Source: a virus (lineage: Duplodnaviria; Caudoviricetes). Taken from it: a stretch of 61,446 nucleotides of DNA. The translations under genes were made by a program, and so were the position numbers. The notes under the pieces are model-generated. The model did no database searches. It had not been told where the DNA came from and worked only from the letters and a program-made list of their open reading frames with translations. The stretch's first letter is position 1. Each line of letters begins with the position of its first letter. Below, piece after piece: positions 19,101 to 25,826 of the stretch. The stretch spans positions 1 to 61,446 of IMG/VR virus record IMGVR_UViG_3300021347_000002. One strand, given 5' to 3'.

Positions 19101-20881
19101 CCTCATCTGCTGGTAAGACCGTAGAGGGTATGGCTAAAGTGATGCAGAACCTAACGGGTAAGTCGATGCTGTTCAAGACACTCGGCTCCGTTGGTTTCTA
19201 CCTCCGTAACATCTTAGGAAACGTATTGTTCTTCGGTCCTGCTCAAGGTGTGTCGCTCTCAACAATGGGCGGGACTATGTCAGATTCTTATAATTCTATC
19301 AAAGGAATCCTGAATCCTGACCAGATAGATGCAGAGCTTACTGAGATGGTAGGTCTTGGAGTATTTGGTGACGAGCTTCGTGCTGGTATGATCAAGGAGT
19401 TACTCGACGGTAAGAGTGAAACCTTCCTTGATAAGCTCAACAACATCCTCGACAAGGTTCCTGACGATAAAGCATCAGGAGTTAAAGGAGTCACTACAAA
19501 GACTAGAGAGAAGGTTAAGTCACTAGAGGAAGCACTCATGAGACTGTCCTCTAACATCGACGGAGTATACAAAGTCCAATACTACAAGCACGAGCTGGGC
19601 GTCTTAAAAGAAGCAGTCGCTAAGTATCCTGATTCAGATCTCGCCGAGAAGGTGAAAGATAATGAAGATATCCTGAAACGCATGGCAGCTGACAAGGTTA
19701 AGCGGACTGCCCAGTCATTGAGCCAAGCCCCACCGATCATTAGTAAGCTATCAAAGTCTAGCTACGGTATGCTCTTCGCTCCGTTCATCCGATTCAAAAC
19801 GGAAGTGCCACGTATCGTGTTCAATACATACGAGCTGGCGAAGGAAGAAATGGCTAGCGATAACCCATTGATAAAAGCTAGAGGTAAGCGGAGACGTATC
19901 GCCATGACATCAATGGTAGGTGGGTTCTCGTTAGGACTACCAGCAGCGGCGGCACTGCTTATGGCAGGGATTGGTAACGACGAAGACGAAGCACTTAGAA
20001 AGTCAATGCCGTCCTACTTGAGGGGGCATTCGTTCTTCTTCTATAGGTGGAACGGCGAACTCCAGTCAATCGACCTGACTTATGTAAACCCATTCAGCAT
20101 CATGGCTGATCCAGTGGCGCGCAGTTTCCAAGAAATAACAAGAGGCAACGCCGATGGCGCAGTTGGTTCATTCCTGAAAGGGTTCTTCTTCGACCAGTAT
20201 CTCGATGAACAGATCCTTGCAGGGGCTGTTCAAGACGCAATGGATAACCGAGATGCCAAGACAGACCGACCGATCTCCATCGATAAGGTGGACGGGTTCT
20301 CTGTCGCGTTCGCTAAGAGGTTCGCCTATGTCATGGACACAGCTTACAATCCGCGCCTGTTGAGTGATGCATGGGACGCATACAAAGCTATGGGGACAGA
20401 CTACGAAGAATTAAGCGACTCGCCTGTTGGTGAGTTCTTCAGTGGCACACTGCCATTCAGAATCCACGATGTGGATGAGGAAGCTCAGTTCCGTAGGTTC
20501 ATCCGAGACCACAAGGATCGGGTGAATGAAGTGAAGTCTAAGAAGTATCGCATGTATAGCGACCAGCCCATCAGTGAAGATGAGATCCGCGACATCTACA
20601 ACGATGAAGCAGATGATCTAATCACATTGAACAAGGAAATGTATACCGTGATGCAAGGATTCAAAGGTCTAGGCATCGAGGACAGGGAACAGTTCAACAT
20701 GATGAAGGGTGCGGGAATCGGGAAAGATAAAGCAAGACTCCTTAGAGTCGGCATATCAGATAGACTAACCCCCAATGTCGGGTTCCTTGAAGGACTCCAA
20801 CAAAGGGGGCTAGCTGATCGTATCTCTCCTATGCTAGAAGAGAAGAACAAGAGGGCTAGGTATCACAGACTAGACGACTGA
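10172..20881 (+). CDS. Giant (3569 aa) internal virion / polyvalent protein
   Basis: Uninterrupted ORF with Gly/Ala-rich hydrophobic segments, low-complexity linkers, an SHD1-like segment, and zincin-like motifs LLEEYVHA and LLHETIHS. Confidence 0.75.
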   Translation: MTEFQDYSDWVKQRPVSSDSTQNKVDYSNYLRKTHLDSNEYSLEVENSIQNELYGSLVSSGDIEEGDVDAFSSLTTPQAISSEAKMDIIQSRIDPKSSSWQAITAYKTAEADGLPPEEVQRLKTNAGFIADREYDSMKRQMVRNGELAFAAFTNLDGSREIVAGDAAIGANLSDALKASKMGEVTLSDALAAQQQMTPAFGTKVPAFKASRYSQASAIMSELIRGDEKTNNLLQAHAELRAGEEDEGFMDQAANVVNAFGDAFVGIFSSEKREQNSAMFRAKDVTRDEAVADMMLRVNSSNALPEGEEFTAQEIGAAFDHAVLERATAQNMFDQYTGEEAGRNLRISSTGMPIMASDVLANEDLFNDTVKGSTLDDNQKDFLRQTRTSVLTDRFEDYSEMFKRSAVEDQWSQALIEGANQGKKNHEILNDFLKDEDNYSLVTQRSKGIAWSLVNSIGTLAAAIPAAAGNKMATDYLADVAQKNSDRQQIARLFGQEYGYAGEIGETIAPMVTDISATAFLSAGTFGTGGAAYVAAKSGSVAVAKTVTKSYVNHVVKSVPRSVFRIKGAKYQGKLSDAINIAVKKGHSDLTMDVLKEFNSEVVRKAGIASAAAIPAATRSSAATYGAITNALRSDTDMSDEEIRDKALGAGMMSGAITGIITGGFSALGRGGLDDALLRGMTFRDMTKVVSKMTNVTNKTNLDANVKAALRKSIAESAKKAGLASAALTKKASRIRSRAGEIAVAVGRNFGDEAVEEGLDEFFNSFVEDAALDQDTPMFERLSQSYHAAVLGGIMGAGAPAVQKAGAALRRQRGITFSQVDRMTSEVAQSASENLKANGSPVAAAVLERLFQTPLREMVAAPEVTEAAPEVTEAAPEVTEAAPEVTEAAPEVTEAAPEVTEAAPEVTEADTLEEVVEEPTEVEGDPASVEEAFKNNPDEAKDLSLDEVNERESNEEPDKSKPRKKAKKKVGKKKVAKKKVAKKKVAKKIEEEEEIVYDLDEETMADLQAELEEETGQKEAEPTPAEETAARKAVAKKAVAKKAAAKKAAAKKAAAAKKAAKKTVAKKVVKKSKLKKRIERKEKDPFYIVPDPKQAKNFYNEKDFLSSGVNPEEVTDENGEIVLSTEEREIADKVFALSKKGFPVNFTKQARYGVDLSKHQENDGRDRISTVLAREVYNRFPVLQPTESTAKGLDKFSTGAAKYGAKKVTHYDPVTGKRKNLSVKGYLDINGNGVFNNDPITMTEMLARDIPVFIPKEFRDSPLLNPSFTNHFDPQSGQLLGLQKPHKKDPNRIELVRKEIRRTEEPYDFSAFLSLANLKFIRPDDKPAYKQIRSWKFIIGKEEGKAPARGNYLEGSFIKKTGDSVFVRRKAEDADTVKINALRKELKALENTPFKDPEAKAAARRKIQDKLALARGRTITIPISKLSDFDRNWVENVPTDKELSAPDPTLPLGVSLTNPRTGMPIEASNKTRHKMSDVLRSVGDFATLALPLASEANVTLSDGSTASSRGIKAVTNLLAPASRESFRRLESAMGFSVENIVTEIEIEYEILLNFFNIRQEILTDQQKLGKNTTHKLSPLQFNKGVDLLLRHMSLDVDESSLRTQKGIISKQKIKKARMQAASDLISRYSDNYGGSPIENVRNFLLKDVVNNKRFMETGRMPDLMGLVRLSADKYVKQSITRGSVEKERDTESLDDLSFEGSIGMFDAQAVVGSLDMLDVDLGSLPDSFASIVDRAILEVNENEELRGELEALYIDSILINSPTSSIDEVPNLSTKNLIEGVADIISMAGYDSPSSKNALAFKRAVEQSEYFTPQSSLRIALESIYYGDGDPVRIGNYLAKLKRRQDRYRPDLSISEYRAYTESYEEGERMALEEERGEPITLTEKGMEIAAEGGATPTRYARRLVRKKQEKESVPAIEGLSTVKEQMDIVQGKDVFDALSEEDKNIIKGIQATVLKGDLSLEEKENLRDITSRIISPRTSESELEEIRDEVKRIIGRANNNASQNSASQAATPMERKLMRADNIAEIGRLGLEHDSPDTVVEALKTISTESDNPSHKLVADLLLEDESFLSSVDFHIVDSPANFAGQYVYRTDGTHRVAINIDTGNKLGLENVLLEEYVHAFLSDVTKSNADQRSDQQNEAVERLNRIYKLAEKQYRAKGIKDPMLEDAFVDFDEFLAKFLLSPKLQASIKSLEAPADQRGFFKRIIDSILSMFRKRKVSKTEAVEYGKALQDVIDLAKSPTLAQLPPLTQDAARVAKETSSILSRVQEETVKHEERKENRMTSEEAVDDTVSDEPVTFESEKSRKIMEVEAYLRSRIPRGLSLQEAALLDIGSIARLDQGNFNSDGIQIVEFDFKAFEVATRGMDMVGAKVYAEKTLLHETIHSASYNVLTVEEITTLEESLSDEDYASIAETYFRTDEAIAEAKAKLDSENVEEAALIRRQLAEEHLRMNSERILSGTTTEEDAEFWSSDPSLLSIIARYVRSMFARLAAIRRAQGGSGVLDEMLIRIHDEVTLIQNGYVSYDPSMEFNTDDPEESLNKFNEILKRDIGSGQPEGVALQAQVGASSASDVDFSNIPKLLELSMVEFKTYKSPKTWFARNFKGDVDLPVKRIMEQRAEFERASTRVLKTFHTEFNKIIERDFGEMTQELSDKINLAQGYSPTSLVKEEFYREVEEEHRLTVRQINKDDSLTDVQKKEQKAESRRIKEKKIEELENVKIAEHQQSVDKALDDIRQTSPDLAAKITLMREELIRPIQKIMTKEDSGISEELRARIDRTGGIYLTRQYKIFNDPTYAQKVLEDPDFQTAREFAIEYFTNQMGLSEADATEAMKVFVQQYDTGLQGSGTPLTKSYKKIMKNLSRRKDLPIALRNLMGEYGLEESTKGEPATNLLLRTFATVSSLAAQQKFRSNIVKWGDESKSIISKADRDADTEKFGDYVLLLDPKTAVKGDPLAGMYAAADTVKDLREVLTASPIGIDSSSAGKTVEGMAKVMQNLTGKSMLFKTLGSVGFYLRNILGNVLFFGPAQGVSLSTMGGTMSDSYNSIKGILNPDQIDAELTEMVGLGVFGDELRAGMIKELLDGKSETFLDKLNNILDKVPDDKASGVKGVTTKTREKVKSLEEALMRLSSNIDGVYKVQYYKHELGVLKEAVAKYPDSDLAEKVKDNEDILKRMAADKVKRTAQSLSQAPPIISKLSKSSYGMLFAPFIRFKTEVPRIVFNTYELAKEEMASDNPLIKARGKRRRIAMTSMVGGFSLGLPAAAALLMAGIGNDEDEALRKSMPSYLRGHSFFFYRWNGELQSIDLTYVNPFSIMADPVARSFQEITRGNADGAVGSFLKGFFFDQYLDEQILAGAVQDAMDNRDAKTDRPISIDKVDGFSVAFAKRFAYVMDTAYNPRLLSDAWDAYKAMGTDYEELSDSPVGEFFSGTLPFRIHDVDEEAQFRRFIRDHKDRVNEVKSKKYRMYSDQPISEDEIRDIYNDEADDLITLNKEMYTVMQGFKGLGIEDREQFNMMKGAGIGKDKARLLRVGISDRLTPNVGFLEGLQQRGLADRISPMLEEKNKRARYHRLDD
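12749..12895 (+). repeat. 21-bp coding tandem repeat x7 (APEVTEA)
   Basis: GC(A/G)CCTGAAGTTACAGAAGCT repeated 7 times. Confidence 0.97.
13058..13395 (+). repeat. Histone H1-like KKVAK/KKAAA 15-bp repeats
   Basis: AAGAAAGTAGCTAAG x3 and GCTAAGAAAGCTGCT-type repeats, separated by an acidic stretch. Confidence 0.85.
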
Positions 20882-21279
20882 TCCTCTTCTACCTCAGCCT
20901 GTATCTTATCGACACATTCTAGTATGTTACGAACCGTCCTACATAAGGCGGGGCCAGCTTCCATCTCCGCCCTTACAAGTTTGTAAGCGTGGAGGGGAGC
21001 TGTGTGGTCTTTGAATCCGAAGAGGGAGGCTATGCCCGTGAAGGGTAACCCGACTACGTCCCTAACTAAGGTCAACGCAACTCGACGAGGTTTGACATAC
21101 GCCATCTCTCGTGTGTTCGTGAACAGTTCGATAGGGTGCGTCAGGTTATACTCTTTCGAGGTCTCACTTAGGACAACCCTTACGTGATCACGGACGTAAG
21201 TCGGCTGACCTTTGAGCCTCTTGATCCTACCCTCGAAGAGATCATCAAGATACTTTTTGGAATACTTCTTCTCGCTCAT
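20863..21279 (-). CDS. DnaA C-terminal (domain IV)-like HTH protein
   Basis: VKPRRVALTLVRDVVGLPFTGIASLFGFKDHTAPLHAYKLV matches the DnaA domain IV pattern R..AMYL.R....S..IG..FG.RDHTTV.HA. Confidence 0.75.
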   Translation of the reverse strand: MSEKKYSKKYLDDLFEGRIKRLKGQPTYVRDHVRVVLSETSKEYNLTHPIELFTNTREMAYVKPRRVALTLVRDVVGLPFTGIASLFGFKDHTAPLHAYKLVRAEMEAGPALCRTVRNILECVDKIQAEVEEDQSSSL

Positions 21280-21419
21280 CTGTTCAGTTTAGCTTTCTTA
21301 TCTGCACGTTCCTTCATCTTACGGAAGCGGCGGTCTTCAGTCTTGATCGCATTCAAGGAGACGACCACAACGGTTAAGGGTAGCAACAATATGATGCCAA
21401 TGATTTGTAGGTAGTTCAT
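21276..21419 (-). CDS. Small membrane protein (47 aa)
   Basis: Translated by hand (MNYLQIIGIILLLPLTVVVVSLNAIKTEDRRFRKMK...); ATGA overlap with the next gene. Confidence 0.6.
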   Translation of the reverse strand: MNYLQIIGIILLLPLTVVVVSLNAIKTEDRRFRKMKERADKKAKLNR

Positions 21420-21420
21420 G

Positions 21421-21891
21421 TTACTGCGAGTCTACGTATTCTTTGATCCCCTTCTTGAGGTTGTCGATGTCTTCCTTACCGAACCATTCAAGGAACTGCA
21501 TTGCCTTCAGATCGATAGATAGTTTCTTCTTAGCAGCCCATCCATCATCGACTTCAAAGGTGAGCATCATTGTCCCATCTACTTTAGAGACTCCAGTTCG
21601 ACTACAGATCTCACCATCGAAATAATCGTTGGGGTCTTCAGCTACTGCATAAGGCTCTGCCTCGACGACCTCACCCTCGTTGAGGGCGGTGATCAACTCA
21701 TAATCTTGCGACGACACAGGCTCCCGCCAGTCAGGCGATGACGTAAAGTCACCACCACCCTCGCAGAACTCATCACGTTTCGCCTTACGCGGAAACGAGT
21801 AGTAGGTTACGCCATACCGTTTGCCAGTATTAGCACTCACGTTGTGGCCAAGTGACCACTCCATTGCATAGTAATGTCTATTTCTTCTCAT
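21421..21891 (-). CDS. Hypothetical protein
   Basis: 156-aa ORF in the packed minus-strand early operon, with an A/C-rich leader. Confidence 0.7.
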   Translation of the reverse strand: MRRNRHYYAMEWSLGHNVSANTGKRYGVTYYSFPRKAKRDEFCEGGGDFTSSPDWREPVSSQDYELITALNEGEVVEAEPYAVAEDPNDYFDGEICSRTGVSKVDGTMMLTFEVDDGWAAKKKLSIDLKAMQFLEWFGKEDIDNLKKGIKEYVDSQ

Positions 21892-21895
21892 TGTT

Positions 21896-22186
21896 TTATT
21901 TGGTTTTAGTTTCTGTTTGGTCTTTGATTACCTTCCGCCGACGACCAGCTGGAAGAAGAGATACGAATTCACCGGACCACCCACCTCTCGGTGAGTCGTT
22001 ACCGGTCTCGAAATGCTTGCCTTCCACGAAGCCAAGGCGAAGGAGGAGGTTCTTCAGGAAGAGCGCATGGTCTGCACTCTTCTTTGAGAACCTTCCGGTC
22101 CCGCTGTAGTAGTTAGGATACAGGCGATCCTTCACTCGGGCTAGTGAGGCGAGGGCTTCACCCTCACGGTGGGTTAATTTCTTCAT
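21896..22186 (-). CDS. Hypothetical protein
   Basis: 96-aa ORF abutting its neighbours; GNDSPRGG motif. Confidence 0.7.
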   Translation of the reverse strand: MKKLTHREGEALASLARVKDRLYPNYYSGTGRFSKKSADHALFLKNLLLRLGFVEGKHFETGNDSPRGGWSGEFVSLLPAGRRRKVIKDQTETKTK

Positions 22187-22437
22187 TAGTCTGTGTGGTT
22201 GTGTCCGATGTATACGGACATGTGTTCTTCAAGGTCAGCGACCTCATTCAGGATTTCCACAATCGGGCCATACTTCGCGGCGTCCAGATAGACGACACGG
22301 CTTAGGGTCCGGTTAGAGAGCCAGCACATGTTGCTCTCCTTGTGGTAGTTTAACGTCTCCCATCCGGCCAGTAGGCCGAGGGACTTCTGTAGTTGAGTCA
22401 GCTCAAGATGAGCCACTTCTATTGGCATTATTGTCAT
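22186..22437 (-). CDS. Hypothetical protein
   Basis: 83-aa ORF; TAATG junction with the downstream gene. Confidence 0.65.
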   Translation of the reverse strand: MTIMPIEVAHLELTQLQKSLGLLAGWETLNYHKESNMCWLSNRTLSRVVYLDAAKYGPIVEILNEVADLEEHMSVYIGHNHTD

Positions 22438-22448
22438 TGGTTTATTTG

Positions 22449-22631
22449 TTAAAGGTTAAGGGTTATTTGTTTAAGTCTAAGGGTGAAGCCTAACTCTTTC
22501 AGAGCTTGGATGTCACCATCAGTTAAGGACTTACGTCCTGTCAGCTTCTGTATGGATCGCTGCACTGCGGCATCTGCCACGTATGTCAGCGTGTTTCCAT
22601 ACACTTCTCGTTGGGTTACTTCTATTATCAT
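22449..22631 (-). CDS. Hypothetical protein
   Basis: 60-aa ORF (VYGNTLTY...LTGRKSLT...LKELG) with AAACCA leader. Confidence 0.65.
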   Translation of the reverse strand: MIIEVTQREVYGNTLTYVADAAVQRSIQKLTGRKSLTDGDIQALKELGFTLRLKQITLNL

Positions 22632-22658
22632 TGGTTTATTTGTTCTTTGGTTAAATGT

Positions 22659-23048
22659 TTACTCGCTTGCTCGATGGCAAGAGGTGCATAGAAAGACAAC
22701 GTCTAAGCGGTTCTCTTCTGCGTAGCCTTTGTGGTGGTGTGCTTCGATTCTCATCTGAGAGTTACCGCACTTGGTGCAAGATGTAGGTCTCGTAAGAACA
22801 CCCTTCTTGATCGCCCGCCTCACGGCTTCATGTGCGCTCTTCTTCTCGGGTGACTTCTTGTAGGCGGCTCTCCTTCGGTCAGCGTAGACATCTTTCTTTT
22901 TAAGGTAGTCCTTTCGCTGTGCTTTGTGTTTGCAGGCACGGCACTGCGTCTGAAATCCGTCTGGCTTGCAAGCGTCTCTGTTGAAGTCAATCTCAGGCAA
23001 CTCCTGCTTACAGCCGGAGCATAGTTTCATACTGGTCTCCTGTTTCAT
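22659..23048 (-). CDS. Zn-finger HNH endonuclease
   Basis: CSGCKQ...CRAC, CTKCG, EAHHH..Y, LCTSCH. Confidence 0.8.
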   Translation of the reverse strand: MKQETSMKLCSGCKQELPEIDFNRDACKPDGFQTQCRACKHKAQRKDYLKKKDVYADRRRAAYKKSPEKKSAHEAVRRAIKKGVLTRPTSCTKCGNSQMRIEAHHHKGYAEENRLDVVFLCTSCHRASE

Positions 23049-23049
23049 A

Positions 23050-23394
23050 CTAATACTTTGGTTCAATACATTGACGGGCGTAGTCCACATCACACTGGCG
23101 GATCTTACCTTTAACGGTAGCACGTAACGTCCTACGGTGGGCAGGAGTCAGCCGCTTGTTCTTGTTCATGTAGCGAAGCGCATCAGGGTGGGGGTCCACC
23201 CACATCCAGTTACGTTTTAGTCCGCCGTCTTCAACGTAACAACTAGTCAGGCTCAGTAGTCCTGCCCGAACGAGGGGGATGTCACTCTCCCTTACGTCAT
23301 CCGATTGTGTCCCCTCTGCGAGGGCCAGTATTCTTTTCTCGTCTGCTTTCATCAGTCTATTGTCTGCAAATTCCTTCCACGTTTTCTTGAACAC
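23050..23394 (-). CDS. Hypothetical protein
   Basis: ORF in the operon; true start may be the ATG at 23352. Confidence 0.6.
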   Translation of the reverse strand: MFKKTWKEFADNRLMKADEKRILALAEGTQSDDVRESDIPLVRAGLLSLTSCYVEDGGLKRNWMWVDPHPDALRYMNKNKRLTPAHRRTLRATVKGKIRQCDVDYARQCIEPKY

Positions 23395-23638
23395 ACTGCT
23401 TCAAAGCGTGGAGATGCTCACACATCTCAGCCTTGTATGCCTCTGCTTCTCCCTCACCGTCTCCTTGCTTTACGTAATGGTTACGTGGATGGAAGCTCTC
23501 GAACGGGAACTTGTCACAGGCTTCCTCTAACGCACTGTTGAAGGTGGTCCACTCCTTCAAGAGGCTATTCTTAGAAGAGCCATTCATGTGGATTACAGGC
23601 ACGCCTGCACTATCGTTTGTCATATCAGTTTCTTTCAT
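23357..23638 (-). CDS. Hypothetical protein
   Basis: PVIHMNGSS...HPRNHY motif; A-rich leader. Confidence 0.65.
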   Translation of the reverse strand: MKETDMTNDSAGVPVIHMNGSSKNSLLKEWTTFNSALEEACDKFPFESFHPRNHYVKQGDGEGEAEAYKAEMCEHLHALKQCVQENVEGICRQ

Positions 23639-23681
23639 TTGTTTATTTCTACTAGGTGTTAGTTCATTCCAACACCGACTA

Positions 23682-23708
23682 AGGCTATGGCCCGAAGACC
23701 ATAGCCTA
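23682..23708 (-). terminator. Intergenic hairpin (terminator or processing site)
   Basis: AGGCTATGG-8 nt-CCATAGCCT inverted repeat; no strong U-tract. Confidence 0.45.
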
Positions 23709-23716
23709 CGGCGGGG

Positions 23717-24037
23717 CTAGTGACTGAGGTTGAACGGGTTCTCTGGTGGCCCATGACACACGAAGAACCAGTCCTTCACTTCAGCATGCTCATCCTCTAC
23801 AAGCTTACCAATCCATGAGAAGATGTTCGCTTGTGGTGTCCCCCTCTGCACGACAGTCGAGGCTATCTTCACGGCAGGCTTGAGCTTGCGGTGGAACTCA
23901 GTATACGACACACGCTCTTTGTTCGCGGCGATCAACGAGTTGAATGCCTTCAACACAAGACGCTGGTCTTCAGCAGACAGCTTCTTGATCTGAGATACAC
24001 GATACTGGGTGCATTTAATCTGACCGTTTACAATCAT
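23717..24037 (-). CDS. Hypothetical protein
   Basis: 106-aa ORF immediately downstream of the DUF932 gene. Confidence 0.65.
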   Translation of the reverse strand: MIVNGQIKCTQYRVSQIKKLSAEDQRLVLKAFNSLIAANKERVSYTEFHRKLKPAVKIASTVVQRGTPQANIFSWIGKLVEDEHAEVKDWFFVCHGPPENPFNLSH

Positions 24038-24042
24038 ATTAA

Positions 24043-25086
24043 CTAAGCACTAAGGGTTGCAGTAAGGACACGGCGACCAGCCTCAATAGAAGACTCATCA
24101 GCAGACAAGAGGTAGTCAGCGAACCGTGTCTTGTGCTTGGCAGCAGTGCCATACTCACTTGAGTATGCCTTACTAGCATTCGACGTGCGGACCCCAACAC
24201 CTTCACCACTAGTCCAATACTCAGTGGCCCCATTCAAGACATCATACCATGTCTCACCACGGTTACCCTTCCCACCGAATGCGAGATCCGTGATACCGGA
24301 TACGGTGTTCATGGTACGGGCTGAGAACTTCTCAGTCTTCATGGCATCCTGCAAGAAGTAACCTGCCACGATGGCATCGATGTCCTGCTCGGCTACCCTC
24401 TGGGCAGCGAGGATCTCCATCGCTTCGATGTGCTTACGCTGCCCTTCAATCAGACCAGAGATGCTCTTCGATAGGTCGGCGCACTTCACATCCACATCAC
24501 CACGGTGGGTGACCTTCAGATTAATGAAGCCCTTCTCATTGGAGAGAGCCTGCATGATTGAGTTCTTACACACAAGACGAAGGCCAGACAGGAAGACCCG
24601 AAGAGCTTCCCCGTTGTGACCACTCGTCACGTTCAGGTAGGTGTTATGCTTGTCACCATTCACATCATACTCACCCATCTTATACGACATGAAGAACATC
24701 TTCAGGTTGTTGAGGGTTCCCATCGACGACAACGTGGAATCACAGTCAGTCCGCCTCAACGCTTTGCTGATGGCCTTAGCAATCACCTCGTTCTTGATGA
24801 CCGAATATTTATCAGTCGCCATGTGTAACGGCACACGCCTGTCGTCCGGCGTCCTCGCTATGAGAGCGCGCTGCTTAGGCAACGGGATTGTCAGCCCGTC
24901 CAACGTAGCGTGGACACGGGCCTTCTCTATCGGGTGGAACACACCGTGACGCTTGGCATCACGAGGAGTTATGAACTCACCCGCCGACTCTACCTCAAGT
25001 CCGTGATACATTTTGTAGTCGCTTCCTTGCGGAACGAGGACGGTATCGAGTTCATTGATGGCTTCTATTGTTGTATTTGTTTCCAT
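24043..25086 (-). CDS. DUF932-family protein
   Basis: YSVIKN, YLNVTSGHNG, RLVCKNS, HRG, TWYDVLNGATEY motifs. Confidence 0.8.
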   Translation of the reverse strand: METNTTIEAINELDTVLVPQGSDYKMYHGLEVESAGEFITPRDAKRHGVFHPIEKARVHATLDGLTIPLPKQRALIARTPDDRRVPLHMATDKYSVIKNEVIAKAISKALRRTDCDSTLSSMGTLNNLKMFFMSYKMGEYDVNGDKHNTYLNVTSGHNGEALRVFLSGLRLVCKNSIMQALSNEKGFINLKVTHRGDVDVKCADLSKSISGLIEGQRKHIEAMEILAAQRVAEQDIDAIVAGYFLQDAMKTEKFSARTMNTVSGITDLAFGGKGNRGETWYDVLNGATEYWTSGEGVGVRTSNASKAYSSEYGTAAKHKTRFADYLLSADESSIEAGRRVLTATLSA

Positions 25087-25155
25087 TGTATTGGTTTCTT
25101 TCTTTGGTTTTGGTTTTGTTTGGTGCTGAGACTATTCTCTCAGCTGGATTAATTG

Positions 25156-25183
25156 ATAATAGGTTGTGACTAACTTGTGTCAA
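25156..25183 (-). promoter_or_regulatory. Sigma70-type promoter for the DUF932 operon
   Basis: Minus strand TTGACA-16 bp-TATTAT with A-rich upstream sequence, followed by a GCTGAG/CTCAGC hairpin (25125-25144). Confidence 0.7.
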
Positions 25184-25263
25184 ATTTATTTTCTTTCCCC
25201 GTAGATACTAGCTTCCAGCCGATTCCGATACCAGATTCAAGGTAAATGGTAAGGGATTCGGGG

Positions 25264-25340
25264 TAAAAAACTATTCTCTCTTACCCTTAGTTCTATAATA
25301 TATATACTATAGAACTAAGGGTCTGGAGAAAAAGTTTTTA
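25264..25340 (-). repeat. ~77-bp palindromic element, copy 2 (inverted)
   Basis: Reverse complement reads TAAAAACTTTTTCTCCAGACCCTTAGTTCTATAGTATATATATTATAGAACTAAGGGTAAGAGAGAATAGTTTTTTA; begins at the TAA of ORF 25338-25718. Confidence 0.95.
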
Positions 25341-25718
25341 GATCGACATCTTGAACGAGGCACTCTTGAGCAGGTCTCCCAACATATCGTCGAGCGACTC
25401 ACTCAACTCCTGCTTGACGTTGTATTCCATGTCATGGGCTATGCTATCCATGTCTATGTGTGATGCCACGTCATCGATATCCATAGCGTATGCTACGTCA
25501 TCAGGATCTACCTCGACGTGCTTCGCCACGTCTTCATCTCTGATATGCTCGGCGATGTATCTCTCATCTATGAACAAGGCTAGGTTTTCGTAGTCAAGCA
25601 CACCATCTGATAAGACGATGTTCTTGAGTTCATCTTTAAACAACCAGATCGCTACGTTACGGATCTTAGTTGCTACTGTCTTCTTTGTGTTGGCGATTGC
25701 CTTCTTTATTGTTCTCAT
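25338..25718 (-). CDS. Hypothetical acidic protein with ~9-aa internal repeats
   Basis: IAEHIRDED/VAKHVEVDPDD/VAYAMDIDD/VASHIDMDS/IAHDM. Confidence 0.7.
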   Translation of the reverse strand: MRTIKKAIANTKKTVATKIRNVAIWLFKDELKNIVLSDGVLDYENLALFIDERYIAEHIRDEDVAKHVEVDPDDVAYAMDIDDVASHIDMDSIAHDMEYNVKQELSESLDDMLGDLLKSASFKMSI

Positions 25719-25826
25719 TATTTCTTATTGGTTTGGTTTGGGTCGTCAGTTTCAACGTGAAACAACGCACACCCTACAACGTCGATGCCTGTCGAGACAT
25801 AGACGCTGTGTGGGTATGGGTTTCTA

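Noticed and set aside
10172-20881. N4-like or crAss-like virion RNA polymerase (similar size)
   Set aside because: No T7-type polymerase motifs or catalytic DxDGD/DFDID motif recognised; size alone is insufficient. Not fully excluded without structure prediction.
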